Shown here: positions 40,638-49,226 of the stretch, piece after piece | Layout: every line of letters starts with the position of its first letter | How positions within the stretch are numbered: the stretch's first letter is position 1 | Source of the DNA: Microbacterium sp. | GTDB taxonomy: Bacteria; Actinomycetota; Actinomycetes; Actinomycetales; Microbacteriaceae | Assembly (NCBI RefSeq): GCF_052099035.1 | Contig: NZ_JBQDSX010000012.1 | Coordinates: 14,839-78,838 of the forward strand | Direction: 5' to 3' | DNA: 64,000 bases | Position numbers and translations under genes: made by a program | Notes under the pieces: generated by a model | Databases searched by the model: none | Seen by the model: the letters and a program-made list of their open reading frames with translations, nothing else | What the model was told of the DNA's origin: nothing

Positions 40638-41537
40638 ATGATGTCGACGACTGAAACCACCACCGCCACCGCCACGGTCTCTGAGCCTGTCGAAGGGCGT
40701 ACCGCGCAGCACCGCCGGTACCTGATGTGCCGGCCGGAGCATTTCACGGTCAGCTACAAGATCAACCCGTGGATGGAGCCCGCTCGCCCCACGGACACGG
40801 CCAAGGCGGTCGCGCAGTGGCAGAAGCTTTACGATCTGTACGTCGAGCTCGGTCACGAGGTCGAGCTCATCGAGCCGCTGGCCGGCTACCCCGATATGGT
40901 CTACACCGCCAATGGCGGCTTCCTCATCGACAACCGCGCGTACGTACCGAAGTTCTATTTCGAGCAGCGCGCCGGTGAGGCCCCCGCATTCGCGGACTGG
41001 TTCCGTGCGAACGGCTTCGACACCGTCATACCGGAAGAGGTCAACGAGGGCGAGGGCGACTTCCTGCTCGTCGGCGACACGATTCTCGCCGGCACGGGCT
41101 TCCGTTCGGCCGGCGACAGCCACCGCGAGGTTGCTGATGTCTTCGGCCGCGAGGTCGTCTCGCTCACACTCGTCGACCCGCGTTTCTACCACCTCGACAC
41201 CGCGCTCACCGTGCTGGACCCCGTCGAAGGCGCGGAGAACGGCGGGCCGGAGAAGGCCAACATCGCCTACCTGCCCGGTGCCTTCGATGACGCGAGCCGC
41301 GCGATTCTGGAGGAGCGCTTCCCCGACGCGATTCACGTGTCGGACGAGGACGGCTCGGTGTTCGGGTTGAACTCCGCGAGCGACGGATACAACGTCATCA
41401 TCTCGCCGCGGGCTACCGGGTTCGAGAAGCAGCTGCGCGAGCGCGGCTACAACCCGATCATGGTCGACCTGTCCGAGCTGTTGCTCGGCGGCGGCGGAAT
41501 CAAGTGCTGCACGCTCGAGCTGCGCGGCACGAAATGA
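40638..41537 (+). CDS. ddaH: dimethylargininase / arginine dihydrolase-like guanidino-modifying enzyme
   Basis: YLMCRP..F.V.Y.INPWM, PDMVYTAN, EGEGD, FYHLDT and GGG.KCC motifs. Confidence 0.85.
   Translation: MMSTTETTTATATVSEPVEGRTAQHRRYLMCRPEHFTVSYKINPWMEPARPTDTAKAVAQWQKLYDLYVELGHEVELIEPLAGYPDMVYTANGGFLIDNRAYVPKFYFEQRAGEAPAFADWFRANGFDTVIPEEVNEGEGDFLLVGDTILAGTGFRSAGDSHREVADVFGREVVSLTLVDPRFYHLDTALTVLDPVEGAENGGPEKANIAYLPGAFDDASRAILEERFPDAIHVSDEDGSVFGLNSASDGYNVIISPRATGFEKQLRERGYNPIMVDLSELLLGGGGIKCCTLELRGTK
40679..40697 (-). repeat. Family B REP in frame near CDS N-terminus (SEPVEG)
   Basis: CTCTGAGCCTGTCGAAGGG. Confidence 0.75.
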
Positions 41538-42718
41538 CGACCACGCCCGAGGCGCATGTCGCGGAGAACTACAGCCCGCTGCCGGTGACGATATCTACCG
41601 CCGAGGGCGTCTGGGTCACCGACACCGAGGGCAAGCGTTACCTCGACCTGCTTGCGGCGTATTCGGCCGTGAACTTCGGTCACCGGCATCCGGATCTCGT
41701 CGAGGCGACGATCCAGCAGCTGGGGCGCGTCACGCTCACCAGCCGCGCGTTCACGAACGACCAGCTCGAGCCGTTCGCGGCCGCGCTCGCGCGGCTGTGC
41801 GGCAAGGAGCTCGTGCTGCCGATGAACACCGGCGCCGAGGCCGTGGAGACCGGCATCAAGGTCGCCCGCGCCTGGGGCTACCGCGTGAAGGGGATCGCTC
41901 CCGGCGAGGCCCGGATCGTGGTCGCCGCGGGCAACTTCCACGGCCGCACGACCACGATCGTCAGCTTCAGCGACGACGACACCGCGCGTGACGGCTTCGG
42001 TCCGTTCACGCCCGGCTTCGACGCCGTGCCCTACGGAGATGCGGATGCCATCGCCGCAGCCATCACGGCGGAGACGGCCGCTGTGCTCGTCGAGCCGATC
42101 CAGGGCGAGGCCGGCGTCATCATCCCGCCGGACGGTTACCTGAAGCGCATCCGCGAGATCTGCGATGAGCGGGGCGTCCTGTTCATCGCCGATGAGATCC
42201 AGGCAGGGCTCGGCCGGGTCGGCGAGACCTTCGCATGCGATCGCGAGGGCGTCGTCCCCGACCTCTATCTGCTCGGCAAGGCGCTCGGCGGCGGCATCCT
42301 GCCCGTCTCGGCTGTTGTCGGAAACCGTGACGTGCTCGGGGTCATCCGTCCTGGCGAGCACGGCTCGACCTTCGGCGGCAACCCGCTGGCCGCGGCCGTC
42401 GGCCTGCGCGTGGTCGAGATGCTCGAGACCGGTGAGTTCCAGGAGCGCGCCCGCCAGCTCGGTGCACATCTCGCCGACGGCCTCGAGAAGCTCCGCGGTC
42501 ACGGCGTGACCGGCATCCGCGTCGCCGGGCTCTGGGCGGGCGTCGATATCGACCCCGCTCGTGGGACCGGTCGTGAGATCAGCGAGAAGCTCATGGCGCG
42601 CGGTGTGCTCGTCAAGGACACGCACGGCCAGACGATCCGCATCGCACCGCCCCTGGTGATCCGCGCGACCGAGATCGACTGGGCGCTGGAGCAGCTGCGT
42701 CTCGTGCTGGAGGGGTGA
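41534..42718 (+). CDS. rocD: ornithine--oxo-acid transaminase
   Basis: AYSAVNFGH, LTSRAF, PMNTGAEAVE, FHGRT, EPIQGEAG, DEIQ.G, GKALGGG and HGSTFGGNPL motifs. Confidence 0.93.
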   Translation: MTTTPEAHVAENYSPLPVTISTAEGVWVTDTEGKRYLDLLAAYSAVNFGHRHPDLVEATIQQLGRVTLTSRAFTNDQLEPFAAALARLCGKELVLPMNTGAEAVETGIKVARAWGYRVKGIAPGEARIVVAAGNFHGRTTTIVSFSDDDTARDGFGPFTPGFDAVPYGDADAIAAAITAETAAVLVEPIQGEAGVIIPPDGYLKRIREICDERGVLFIADEIQAGLGRVGETFACDREGVVPDLYLLGKALGGGILPVSAVVGNRDVLGVIRPGEHGSTFGGNPLAAAVGLRVVEMLETGEFQERARQLGAHLADGLEKLRGHGVTGIRVAGLWAGVDIDPARGTGREISEKLMARGVLVKDTHGQTIRIAPPLVIRATEIDWALEQLRLVLEG

Positions 42719-42739
42719 GCCCGGCCCGATCCGTGCGGG

Positions 42740-44071
42740 TCAGCGCTTCGGAAGGCGGATCGGTGTTGTGGCGGCGGCGACTTCGTCGCTGAACTCGACC
42801 GGGTCGGCCCGCACCACCGAGATCGGCAGAGTCTCATCGAGCGTGAGCCGGAACCTCCGGGTCTCGTGGCGCCGCAGGCGTCCGGAGAAGATGATCCAGC
42901 CGAGTCCGATCGCCATGGCGGCGATGCCCGCGATGCCACCGAACAGGATGGCCGCGCGAGGCCCCGCGATGTCGGTGATCCACCCGGCGATCGGCGCGCC
43001 GATGGGCGTTGAACCCATCACCACCGCCATGTACAGAGCGAGCACGCGTCCGCGCAGGGCGGGGTCGGTCGTCGTCTGGACGTAACCGTTCGCGGTCGTG
43101 AGCATGGTCACGGTCGAGAAGCCGACGAAGATCAGCACGGTGGCATAGGACCAGTAGGCCGGCATCCACGACGAGACGACGGATGCCACACCGAATAGTC
43201 CTGCCGCGACGATCAGCACGCGCACTCTGGCGCGGTCACGGCGGGCCGCGAGCAGAGCTCCGGCCAGTGATCCGATTGCGAGCACGGAGCTGAGGATGCC
43301 GTAGCCGTCGGCTCCGCGGTCGAATTCGAGCGCCATCGTGGAGGCGAAGATCGGGAAGTTCATGCCGAACGCGCCGATGAGGAAGACCATCACGAATACG
43401 ACCTTGAGGTCGCTGCGTGCCCAGACGTAGCGGAAGCCTTCAGCGAGCCCGTTGCGGCCGCTGCTCTTCACGCGCGGGAGCAGCTCGCGCGACCGGATCA
43501 TCACGAGCGCGATCAGCATGGCGAGGAATGTCGCCGCGTTGATGACGAACACCCACCCCGTGCCCACTGCAACGATGAGGAGGCCGCCGACGGCAGGGCC
43601 GATCAGGCGTGCCATGTTGAACGATGCGGAGTTCAGAGCCACGGCGTTGGATGCGTCTTCCAGCGAGACCATGTCGGAGACGAACGCCTGACGCGCCGGT
43701 GCGTCGAACGCGTTCGTGATGCCGAAGGCAAGCGCGAAGCAAAACATCAGCGGCAGCGTCATGATGCCAGTCAGTAGGAGCGCTGCGACACCGACGGCGA
43801 GAACCATGAGAACGGTCTGCGTGATCAACAGGATCTTGCGGCGATCGAATCGGTCGGCAACCCATCCGGTCAGGCTCACCAGCACCAGAGGGGGGCCGAA
43901 CTGCAGCGCCATCGTGACGCCCATCGCGGTGGCGTCGTTGTCGGTGAGCTCGGTGAGGACGACCCAGTCCTGTGCGGTCGCCTGCATCCAGCCGCCGACG
44001 TTGGAGACGAGGGCGCCGAGAAACCAGATGCGGTAGTTGAACGTCGAGAACGAGCGGAACATGGCAGTCAT
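42740..44071 (-). CDS. MFS transporter
   Basis: About 12 TM helices; G.VADRFDRRK, PARQAF and LRGRV motifs. Confidence 0.9.
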   Translation of the reverse strand: MTAMFRSFSTFNYRIWFLGALVSNVGGWMQATAQDWVVLTELTDNDATAMGVTMALQFGPPLVLVSLTGWVADRFDRRKILLITQTVLMVLAVGVAALLLTGIMTLPLMFCFALAFGITNAFDAPARQAFVSDMVSLEDASNAVALNSASFNMARLIGPAVGGLLIVAVGTGWVFVINAATFLAMLIALVMIRSRELLPRVKSSGRNGLAEGFRYVWARSDLKVVFVMVFLIGAFGMNFPIFASTMALEFDRGADGYGILSSVLAIGSLAGALLAARRDRARVRVLIVAAGLFGVASVVSSWMPAYWSYATVLIFVGFSTVTMLTTANGYVQTTTDPALRGRVLALYMAVVMGSTPIGAPIAGWITDIAGPRAAILFGGIAGIAAMAIGLGWIIFSGRLRRHETRRFRLTLDETLPISVVRADPVEFSDEVAAATTPIRLPKR

Positions 44072-44505
44072 CGCTCTGCCACCTTCCGCATCAGTGCCGC
44101 CGCTTCTCGAAGCGTGCGCAGCTGTGTGTCACTGAAGTCGAACTCGGCGAGAGCGTCGGCGAGGGCGGCATCGCGCTTGTGCACGGTCGCGGTGACGATC
44201 GCGGTTCCGGCATCCGTGATCTCGATGTAGACGCGACGTCGGTCGTCTTCGGCGGGGACTCGGATCACCAGGCCCGCCTCGGCGAGGGCATCGACGGTAT
44301 TCGACATCGTGGGGGCGCTCACCCGCTCGCGCTGCGCGAGCGTACCGATCGGTAGACGCCCGGAGCGCAGGCAGGCCAGGACGGCGAAGTGCGCGTCGCT
44401 GAGAGTGTCGACCGCGCGCTCGCGCCGGAGTCGGCGCGCGAGGCGAAAGGTCGCGAGGCGGAGATCGACGGCGGTCGAGTGGAGCAAGTCGTCAGGTTCA
44501 GTCAT
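44068..44505 (-). CDS. MarR-family regulator
   Basis: LA.RERVSAPTM and DDRRR..I.IT..G; coupled to the MFS gene. Confidence 0.9.
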   Translation of the reverse strand: MTEPDDLLHSTAVDLRLATFRLARRLRRERAVDTLSDAHFAVLACLRSGRLPIGTLAQRERVSAPTMSNTVDALAEAGLVIRVPAEDDRRRVYIEITDAGTAIVTATVHKRDAALADALAEFDFSDTQLRTLREAAALMRKVAER

Positions 44506-44525
44506 TACTTAGGTAGTCTAACTAA
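44505..44525. promoter_or_regulatory. AT-rich palindrome TTACTTAGGTAGTCTAACTAA, candidate MarR operator
   Basis: TTA.TTAG-N5-CTAA.TAA directly abutting the marR start. Confidence 0.6.
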
Positions 44526-44560
44526 GTTTTCCGATGTCTGCTCCACCGGGTCGGTGCAGA

Positions 44561-45316
44561 ATGGATGCCGTGACCATTGCGCTCGAACTCGCCGTCCAGG
44601 ATCCCGCCGGAGTCCGCATCGCCAGAGAAGTCGGCGCGGCACGCGTCGAGCTCACCCAGGCTCTCGCTCTCGGCGGGCTCACGCCGTCGCCTGCCACACT
44701 CGAACGGGCCCTGGATGCCGCGGGGGAGGACGGCCCGGAGATCCATGTGCTGATCCGTCCGCGGCCAGGCGGATTCCACTACGACGCAGACGAGATCGCC
44801 GTGTCGGTGCGCGATGTCGAGCTCGCGATCCGCGCCGGTGCTTCGGGTGTCGTCATCGGAGCTCTGGATGCTTCCGGCGCCCTGGCTCTCGATGCCATGT
44901 CTCGACTCCGGGATGCTGCCGGTGGAGCATCCGTCACGCTCCACCGCGCCATCGACGTCACCGCCGATCCGGTCACGACCGTGCAGACGGCGATCGGGCT
45001 CGGTCTTCGTCGCATCCTCACATCGGGTGGAGCATCCACCGCCATCGACGGTGTCGAGACCCTGCGCGCCATGGCGACGGCGGCAGCCGGACGGATCGAG
45101 ATCATGGCGGGAAGCGGTGTGAATGCGGCATCCGCTGCGGCGCTCGCCGCCACCGGCGTGGACGCCCTGCACTTCTCCGCCAAGCGGACGATCGCCGGCG
45201 ACAGCAGCGTGCGGATGGGATCGGCGGCGGATGGCGTCGGCGGTTACGACGTCACGGATCGGGACGCGGCGTTCGCGATTCGGGAAGCGCTGGGGTCGGG
45301 ACTGCGGCGACCGTAG
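44561..45316 (+). CDS. cutC: CutC-family protein (start possibly GTG at 44570)
   Basis: GA.RVEL...L..GGLTPS, VLIRPR.GGF.Y, TLHRAID, RILTSGG and IMAGSGV motifs. Confidence 0.9.
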   Translation: MDAVTIALELAVQDPAGVRIAREVGAARVELTQALALGGLTPSPATLERALDAAGEDGPEIHVLIRPRPGGFHYDADEIAVSVRDVELAIRAGASGVVIGALDASGALALDAMSRLRDAAGGASVTLHRAIDVTADPVTTVQTAIGLGLRRILTSGGASTAIDGVETLRAMATAAAGRIEIMAGSGVNAASAAALAATGVDALHFSAKRTIAGDSSVRMGSAADGVGGYDVTDRDAAFAIREALGSGLRRP

Positions 45317-45325
45317 ACTCAAGCC

Positions 45326-46195
45326 ATGGCACAGACCTCGGAGTTCACCGACGCGTACGGCGTCGAGATCGTCTACGACGTGCATGCCGCCGAGGGAACT
45401 CCGCGTGGTGTGGTGCAGTTGCTGCACGGTGTCGGCGAGCACGCGGGACGCTATGGCAAGCTGATCGCCGCGCTCACCGGTGCCGGATATTTCGTATACG
45501 CCGATGATCATCGCGGGCACGGTCGTACCGGCATCCGCCAGCACGGAGGGCCGGAGAAGCTCGGGCGGCTGGGCAAGGGAGGGCTGCGCGCGGCCGTGGA
45601 TGCCGTGTGGCAACTGACCGGCATCATTCGCGATGAGCATCCGGACCTTCCCCTCGTGCTGTTCGGACACTCGTGGGGATCGTTCCTCGCGCAGAAACTC
45701 GTGAACGGCCACCCTGAGGCGTGGGATGCCGTGGTTCTCTCCGGGTCGGCACGACTGACTCCGCGCGACCTGAACGCTGCTCCGTTGAACGCGGGGTGGG
45801 AGAGCACGGACGCGACCGGGTACGAGTGGCTCAGCCGCGATCCCGCGGTCTGGAAGGCCTTCGACGAGGATCCACTCACGACAAACGTGCCGCTGCTGAA
45901 GCTGTTCGGGCCGATCGAAGCGCTGAAGCTTTACGGGCGGCCGCGTCGCGCTCTGAGCTCGTCGAAGGGCGCGCACGACTTCCCTATTCTGTTGATGGTC
46001 GGCCGTGATGACCCGGTCGGCGGCCCGCAGAGCGTGCACAAGCTCGCTGACGACTACCGCAACCGCTCCGGCTTCACCGATGTCACGACGCTGGTCTATC
46101 CGGACGCGCGGCACGAGATCTTCAACGAGCTGCAACAGCGGGAGGTCCGCGCCGACCTGCTCGCCTGGCTCGACAAGCACGTTCCTGCGGCCTGA
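45326..46195 (+). CDS. alpha/beta hydrolase (lysophospholipase-like)
   Basis: HGVGEHAGRY, DHRGHG, GHSWGS and ARHEIFNE motifs. Confidence 0.9.
   Translation: MAQTSEFTDAYGVEIVYDVHAAEGTPRGVVQLLHGVGEHAGRYGKLIAALTGAGYFVYADDHRGHGRTGIRQHGGPEKLGRLGKGGLRAAVDAVWQLTGIIRDEHPDLPLVLFGHSWGSFLAQKLVNGHPEAWDAVVLSGSARLTPRDLNAAPLNAGWESTDATGYEWLSRDPAVWKAFDEDPLTTNVPLLKLFGPIEALKLYGRPRRALSSSKGAHDFPILLMVGRDDPVGGPQSVHKLADDYRNRSGFTDVTTLVYPDARHEIFNELQQREVRADLLAWLDKHVPAA
45951..45969 (-). repeat. Family B REP variant in frame inside the hydrolase (ALSSSKG)
   Basis: CTCTGAGCTCGTCGAAGGG. Confidence 0.55.
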
Positions 46196-46466
46196 GGTTT
46201 CGACTCGCTTCGCTCGCTCAACCCGTTTCGTCTCGCTTCGCTCGCTCAACGACCCGCGGGAGCTCGCCTGGGTGCCGGCCTCCAGTAGGGGCCGTTGAGC
46301 CGGGGAGTCGGGCCTCCAGCGCGGGCCGTTGAGGTCTCCAGGCCGGTCGTTGAGCGAGCGCCAGCGAGACGAAACGCGGTGAGCGAGCGAAGGGAGTCGA
46401 AGCGTCGCATCCACCCCGGCATCCGATCCCTGCCCCCGGCATCCGATCCCTGACCCTGTCGAAGGG
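46196..46466. repeat. BIME-like mosaic: inverted Family A doublets (46196-46256, 46345-46403), GGCCTCCAG/GGCCGTTGAG spacer repeats, GGCATCCGATCCCTG x2, Family B REP (46448-46466)
   Basis: Read directly from the intergenic sequence. Confidence 0.85.
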
Positions 46467-46487
46467 CCGACGGCTTAAGCTGGAGGC

Positions 46488-47537
46488 GTGCATGGTGAGT
46501 ACAAGGTTCCCGGTGGAAAGCTCGTCGTCGTCGATGTCGAGGTCGCTGATGGCCGATTGACGGACTTCCGTCTGGCTGGCGATTTCTTCCTCGAGCCGGA
46601 TTCGGCGCTTGAGGACATCAACGCGGCGGTGAATGGCCTGCCTGCTGAATCGGATGCCACGGTCATCGCCGATGCGGTGCGCGCAGCGCTCCCGACCGGG
46701 GCGCAGCTGCTCGGCTTCACGCCCGAATCTGTCGGCACTGCGGTGCGCCGGGCTCTGGTGACCGCTCCGGGATGGCGCGACTTCGACTGGGAGATCGTGC
46801 ACGAGAAGGCCGTCTCGCCCCGGATGAACCTGGCGCTCGACGAGGTGCTCACCTCGCGCGTCGGTGAGGGGCGCCGGCGTCCGACGCTGCGGATCTGGGA
46901 GTGGGAGGAATCCGCCGTCGTCATCGGCTCGTTCCAGTCGTACCGCAACGAGGTCGACCCTGAGGGGGCGGCGAAGCACGGCTTTGATGTCGTCCGCCGC
47001 ATCTCCGGCGGTGGGGCGATGCTCATGGCCGCAGGGCAGATCATCACGTACTCGCTGTATGTTCCGGCATCGCTCGTGCAGGGGCTGACGTTCGCCGACT
47101 CGTACGCGTTCCTCGATGACTGGGTGCTGCAGGCGCTGCGCTCGGTCGGAGTCGATGCGACCTACCAGCCGCTCAATGACATCGCGAGTCCGACCGGCAA
47201 GATCGGTGGGGCTGCGCAGAAGCGACTCGCCAACGGCGGGGTGCTGCACCACGCGACGATCTCGTACGACATCGACGGCCAGGTCATGACCGAGGTGCTG
47301 CGGATCGGCAAGGAGAAGATCAGCGACAAGGGCACGACTTCTGCCGCCAAGCGCGTCGACCCGCTGCGCACGCAGACGGGGCTCAGCCGAGCGGAGATCA
47401 TCGACAGCTTCACGGCGACGTTCCGTTCGCTGACGGATGCTGAAGACGGGGCGATCACCGCCGACGAGTATGCCGATGCCGAAGCCCTCGTCGAGTCGAA
47501 GTTCTCCACCGATGCGTGGCTGCATCGCGTGCCGTGA
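46488..47537 (+). CDS. lplA: lipoate--protein ligase family protein
   Basis: HGEYKVPGGKLV, GDFFLEP, RRISGGGAM, NDI...GKIGGAAQ and LHH motifs. Confidence 0.88.
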   Translation: MHGEYKVPGGKLVVVDVEVADGRLTDFRLAGDFFLEPDSALEDINAAVNGLPAESDATVIADAVRAALPTGAQLLGFTPESVGTAVRRALVTAPGWRDFDWEIVHEKAVSPRMNLALDEVLTSRVGEGRRRPTLRIWEWEESAVVIGSFQSYRNEVDPEGAAKHGFDVVRRISGGGAMLMAAGQIITYSLYVPASLVQGLTFADSYAFLDDWVLQALRSVGVDATYQPLNDIASPTGKIGGAAQKRLANGGVLHHATISYDIDGQVMTEVLRIGKEKISDKGTTSAAKRVDPLRTQTGLSRAEIIDSFTATFRSLTDAEDGAITADEYADAEALVESKFSTDAWLHRVP

Positions 47538-48484
47538 CGGACGTTCCGACGGGGTCCGTCTTGATCATCCACGGCGACAACCTCGCCGTCGCGCGGACGC
47601 TGCCGTCGGCATCCTTCACGCTCGTGTATCTGGATCCGCCGTTCAATACGGGTCGCGCGCAGAACCGGCAGGTCGTTACCGCGCGCCGGACTCGCACAAC
47701 TCCTCAAGAATCAGCAGGTCCGGCCGCGGAAGCCACCGATCTTGAGGAATCCCGCGAAGCTCTGAGGAGTTATGAACCTGCGGCTGAGCCACGCGAGATC
47801 AGGCACGGGTTCCACGGACACGAGTACGAGCGGGTGCGGGGGATGCTGCGCACGTACGACGACCGGTTCGACGACTATGGCGACTTCCTCATGCCCAGAC
47901 TCGAAGAGGCATGGCGGCTGCTCGCCGACGACGGCACGCTGTACCTGCACCTGGACTACCGTGAGGCGCACTACGCGAAGGTCATGCTCGATGCGGTCTT
48001 CGGTCGGGAGTCGTTCCTCAACGAGCTGATCTGGGCGTACGACTACGGGGCGAAGTCGCGCAGCCGCTGGCCGACCAAGCACGACACGATCCTCGTCTAC
48101 GTGAAGACGCCTGGTGGGCACGTGTTCAACTCCGACGACATCGACCGCGAGCCCTACATGGCACCCGGACTCGTCACCGCCGAGAAAGCCGCGCGCGGGA
48201 AGCTTCCCACCGATGTCTGGTGGCACACGATCGTGCCGACCACAGGGCGCGAGAAGACCGGCTATCCGACGCAGAAGCCCGAGGGGATCCTCCGGCGGAT
48301 CGTGCAGGCTTCGAGTCGTCCGGGGGACCGGGTGCTCGACTTGTTCGCCGGTTCCGGGACGACGGGGGCCGTGGCATCAGCCCTCGGACGCGATGTCGTG
48401 CTCGTCGACGAGAGCCCAGAGGCGATCCGGGTGATGCGCAAGCGGATGCCGCACGCATCTGTGGTCCAACAAGGAGGAGCATGA
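47534..48484 (+). CDS. orphan N6-adenine/N4-cytosine DNA methyltransferase (beta class)
   Basis: YLDPPFNTG precedes YPTQKPE and VLDLFAGSGTTG; no endonuclease nearby. Confidence 0.9.
   Translation: MTDVPTGSVLIIHGDNLAVARTLPSASFTLVYLDPPFNTGRAQNRQVVTARRTRTTPQESAGPAAEATDLEESREALRSYEPAAEPREIRHGFHGHEYERVRGMLRTYDDRFDDYGDFLMPRLEEAWRLLADDGTLYLHLDYREAHYAKVMLDAVFGRESFLNELIWAYDYGAKSRSRWPTKHDTILVYVKTPGGHVFNSDDIDREPYMAPGLVTAEKAARGKLPTDVWWHTIVPTTGREKTGYPTQKPEGILRRIVQASSRPGDRVLDLFAGSGTTGAVASALGRDVVLVDESPEAIRVMRKRMPHASVVQQGGA
47693..47776. repeat. Family D MITE-like element (CACAACTCC..GGAGTT.TG ends), in frame inside the methyltransferase
   Basis: CACAACTCCTCA (47695-47706) / TGAGGAGTTATG (47763-47774); ends resemble the 57079-57166 element. 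Confidence 0.65.
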
Positions 48485-48984
48485 TGCTGAGCACTCCACT
48501 GATCTGCGTCATGGGTGTGTCGGCCGTGGGCAAGTCCACTGTTGGCATCGCGCTCGCCGAAGCGCTGAGTGTGCCGTTTGCGGATGCTGACGACCTGCAC
48601 TCCGACGCCAACCGGACGAAGATGAACGCCGGCACGCCGCTCACCGACGATGATCGGTGGCCATGGCTCGATGCGGTCGGCGGTCGGTTCGGTGCGGCAT
48701 CCGAGACCGGTCTCGTGATGGCGTGCAGTGCGCTGCGGCGCGTGTACCGTGATCGGATTCGCTCGGTCGCACCGGAGGTTCTTTTCGTGCACCTCACCGG
48801 ATCGCGAGAACTGCTGCTCTCCCGAGCGCGGGCGCGGACGGATCACTTCATGCCGGCATCTCTCCTGGACTCCCAGCTGGATACGCTCGAGGATCTCGAT
48901 GCCGACGAAGCCGGGTTCCACGTCACCGTCGATCGGGTGCCCGGCGTGCTGGTCGCGGAGATTGTCGCGCGGCTCGGCCGCTGA
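48481..48984 (+). CDS. gntK: gluconokinase (GntK/IdnK type)
   Basis: MGVSAVGKST, DADDLH, PLTDDDRWPWL, CSALRR.YRD and HFMPASLLDSQ motifs. Confidence 0.92.
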   Translation: MMLSTPLICVMGVSAVGKSTVGIALAEALSVPFADADDLHSDANRTKMNAGTPLTDDDRWPWLDAVGGRFGAASETGLVMACSALRRVYRDRIRSVAPEVLFVHLTGSRELLLSRARARTDHFMPASLLDSQLDTLEDLDADEAGFHVTVDRVPGVLVAEIVARLGR

Positions 48985-49051
48985 CGGCGATGCCAGACGG
49001 TTTTCGCGACTTCAACGTGCTCGGGGGCCGCGAACTCCTTCTCGCCTAGCT

Positions 49052-49220
49052 GGCTTCGACTCGCTGGCGCTCGCTCAACCCGTTTCGTCTTCGTCGCTCC
49101 GCTCCTGCGCTCAACGACCCGCTCAGGGTCCGCTCCGGCGCTCAATGGCCCGTGCGGGGTCCCCTCCCTCGCGGGGTCCCCTCCCGCGGGCCGTTGAGCG
49201 AGCGCCAGCGAGTCGAAACG
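49052..49220. repeat. BIME-like cluster between convergent genes: Family A doublet, inverted half-unit and GCGGGGTCCCCTCCC x2
   Basis: Read directly from the sequence. Confidence 0.8.
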
Positions 49221-49226
49221 AGACCC

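Noticed and set aside
44522-46414. Long antisense or alternate-frame ORFs (e.g. 44522-46414, 16140-17915, 23866-25521, 36249-37919, 62899-63468)
   Set aside because: Shadow ORFs typical of high-GC DNA that overlap well-supported genes and show no recognisable motifs
46196-46466. Repeat cluster considered as a CRISPR array (also 49052-49220)
   Set aside because: Units are inverted and dispersed, spacers are themselves repetitive and irregular, and no cas genes are present
47534-48984. Restriction-modification or defence island around the methyltransferase
   Set aside because: Flanking genes are lipoate ligase and gluconokinase; no nuclease is present
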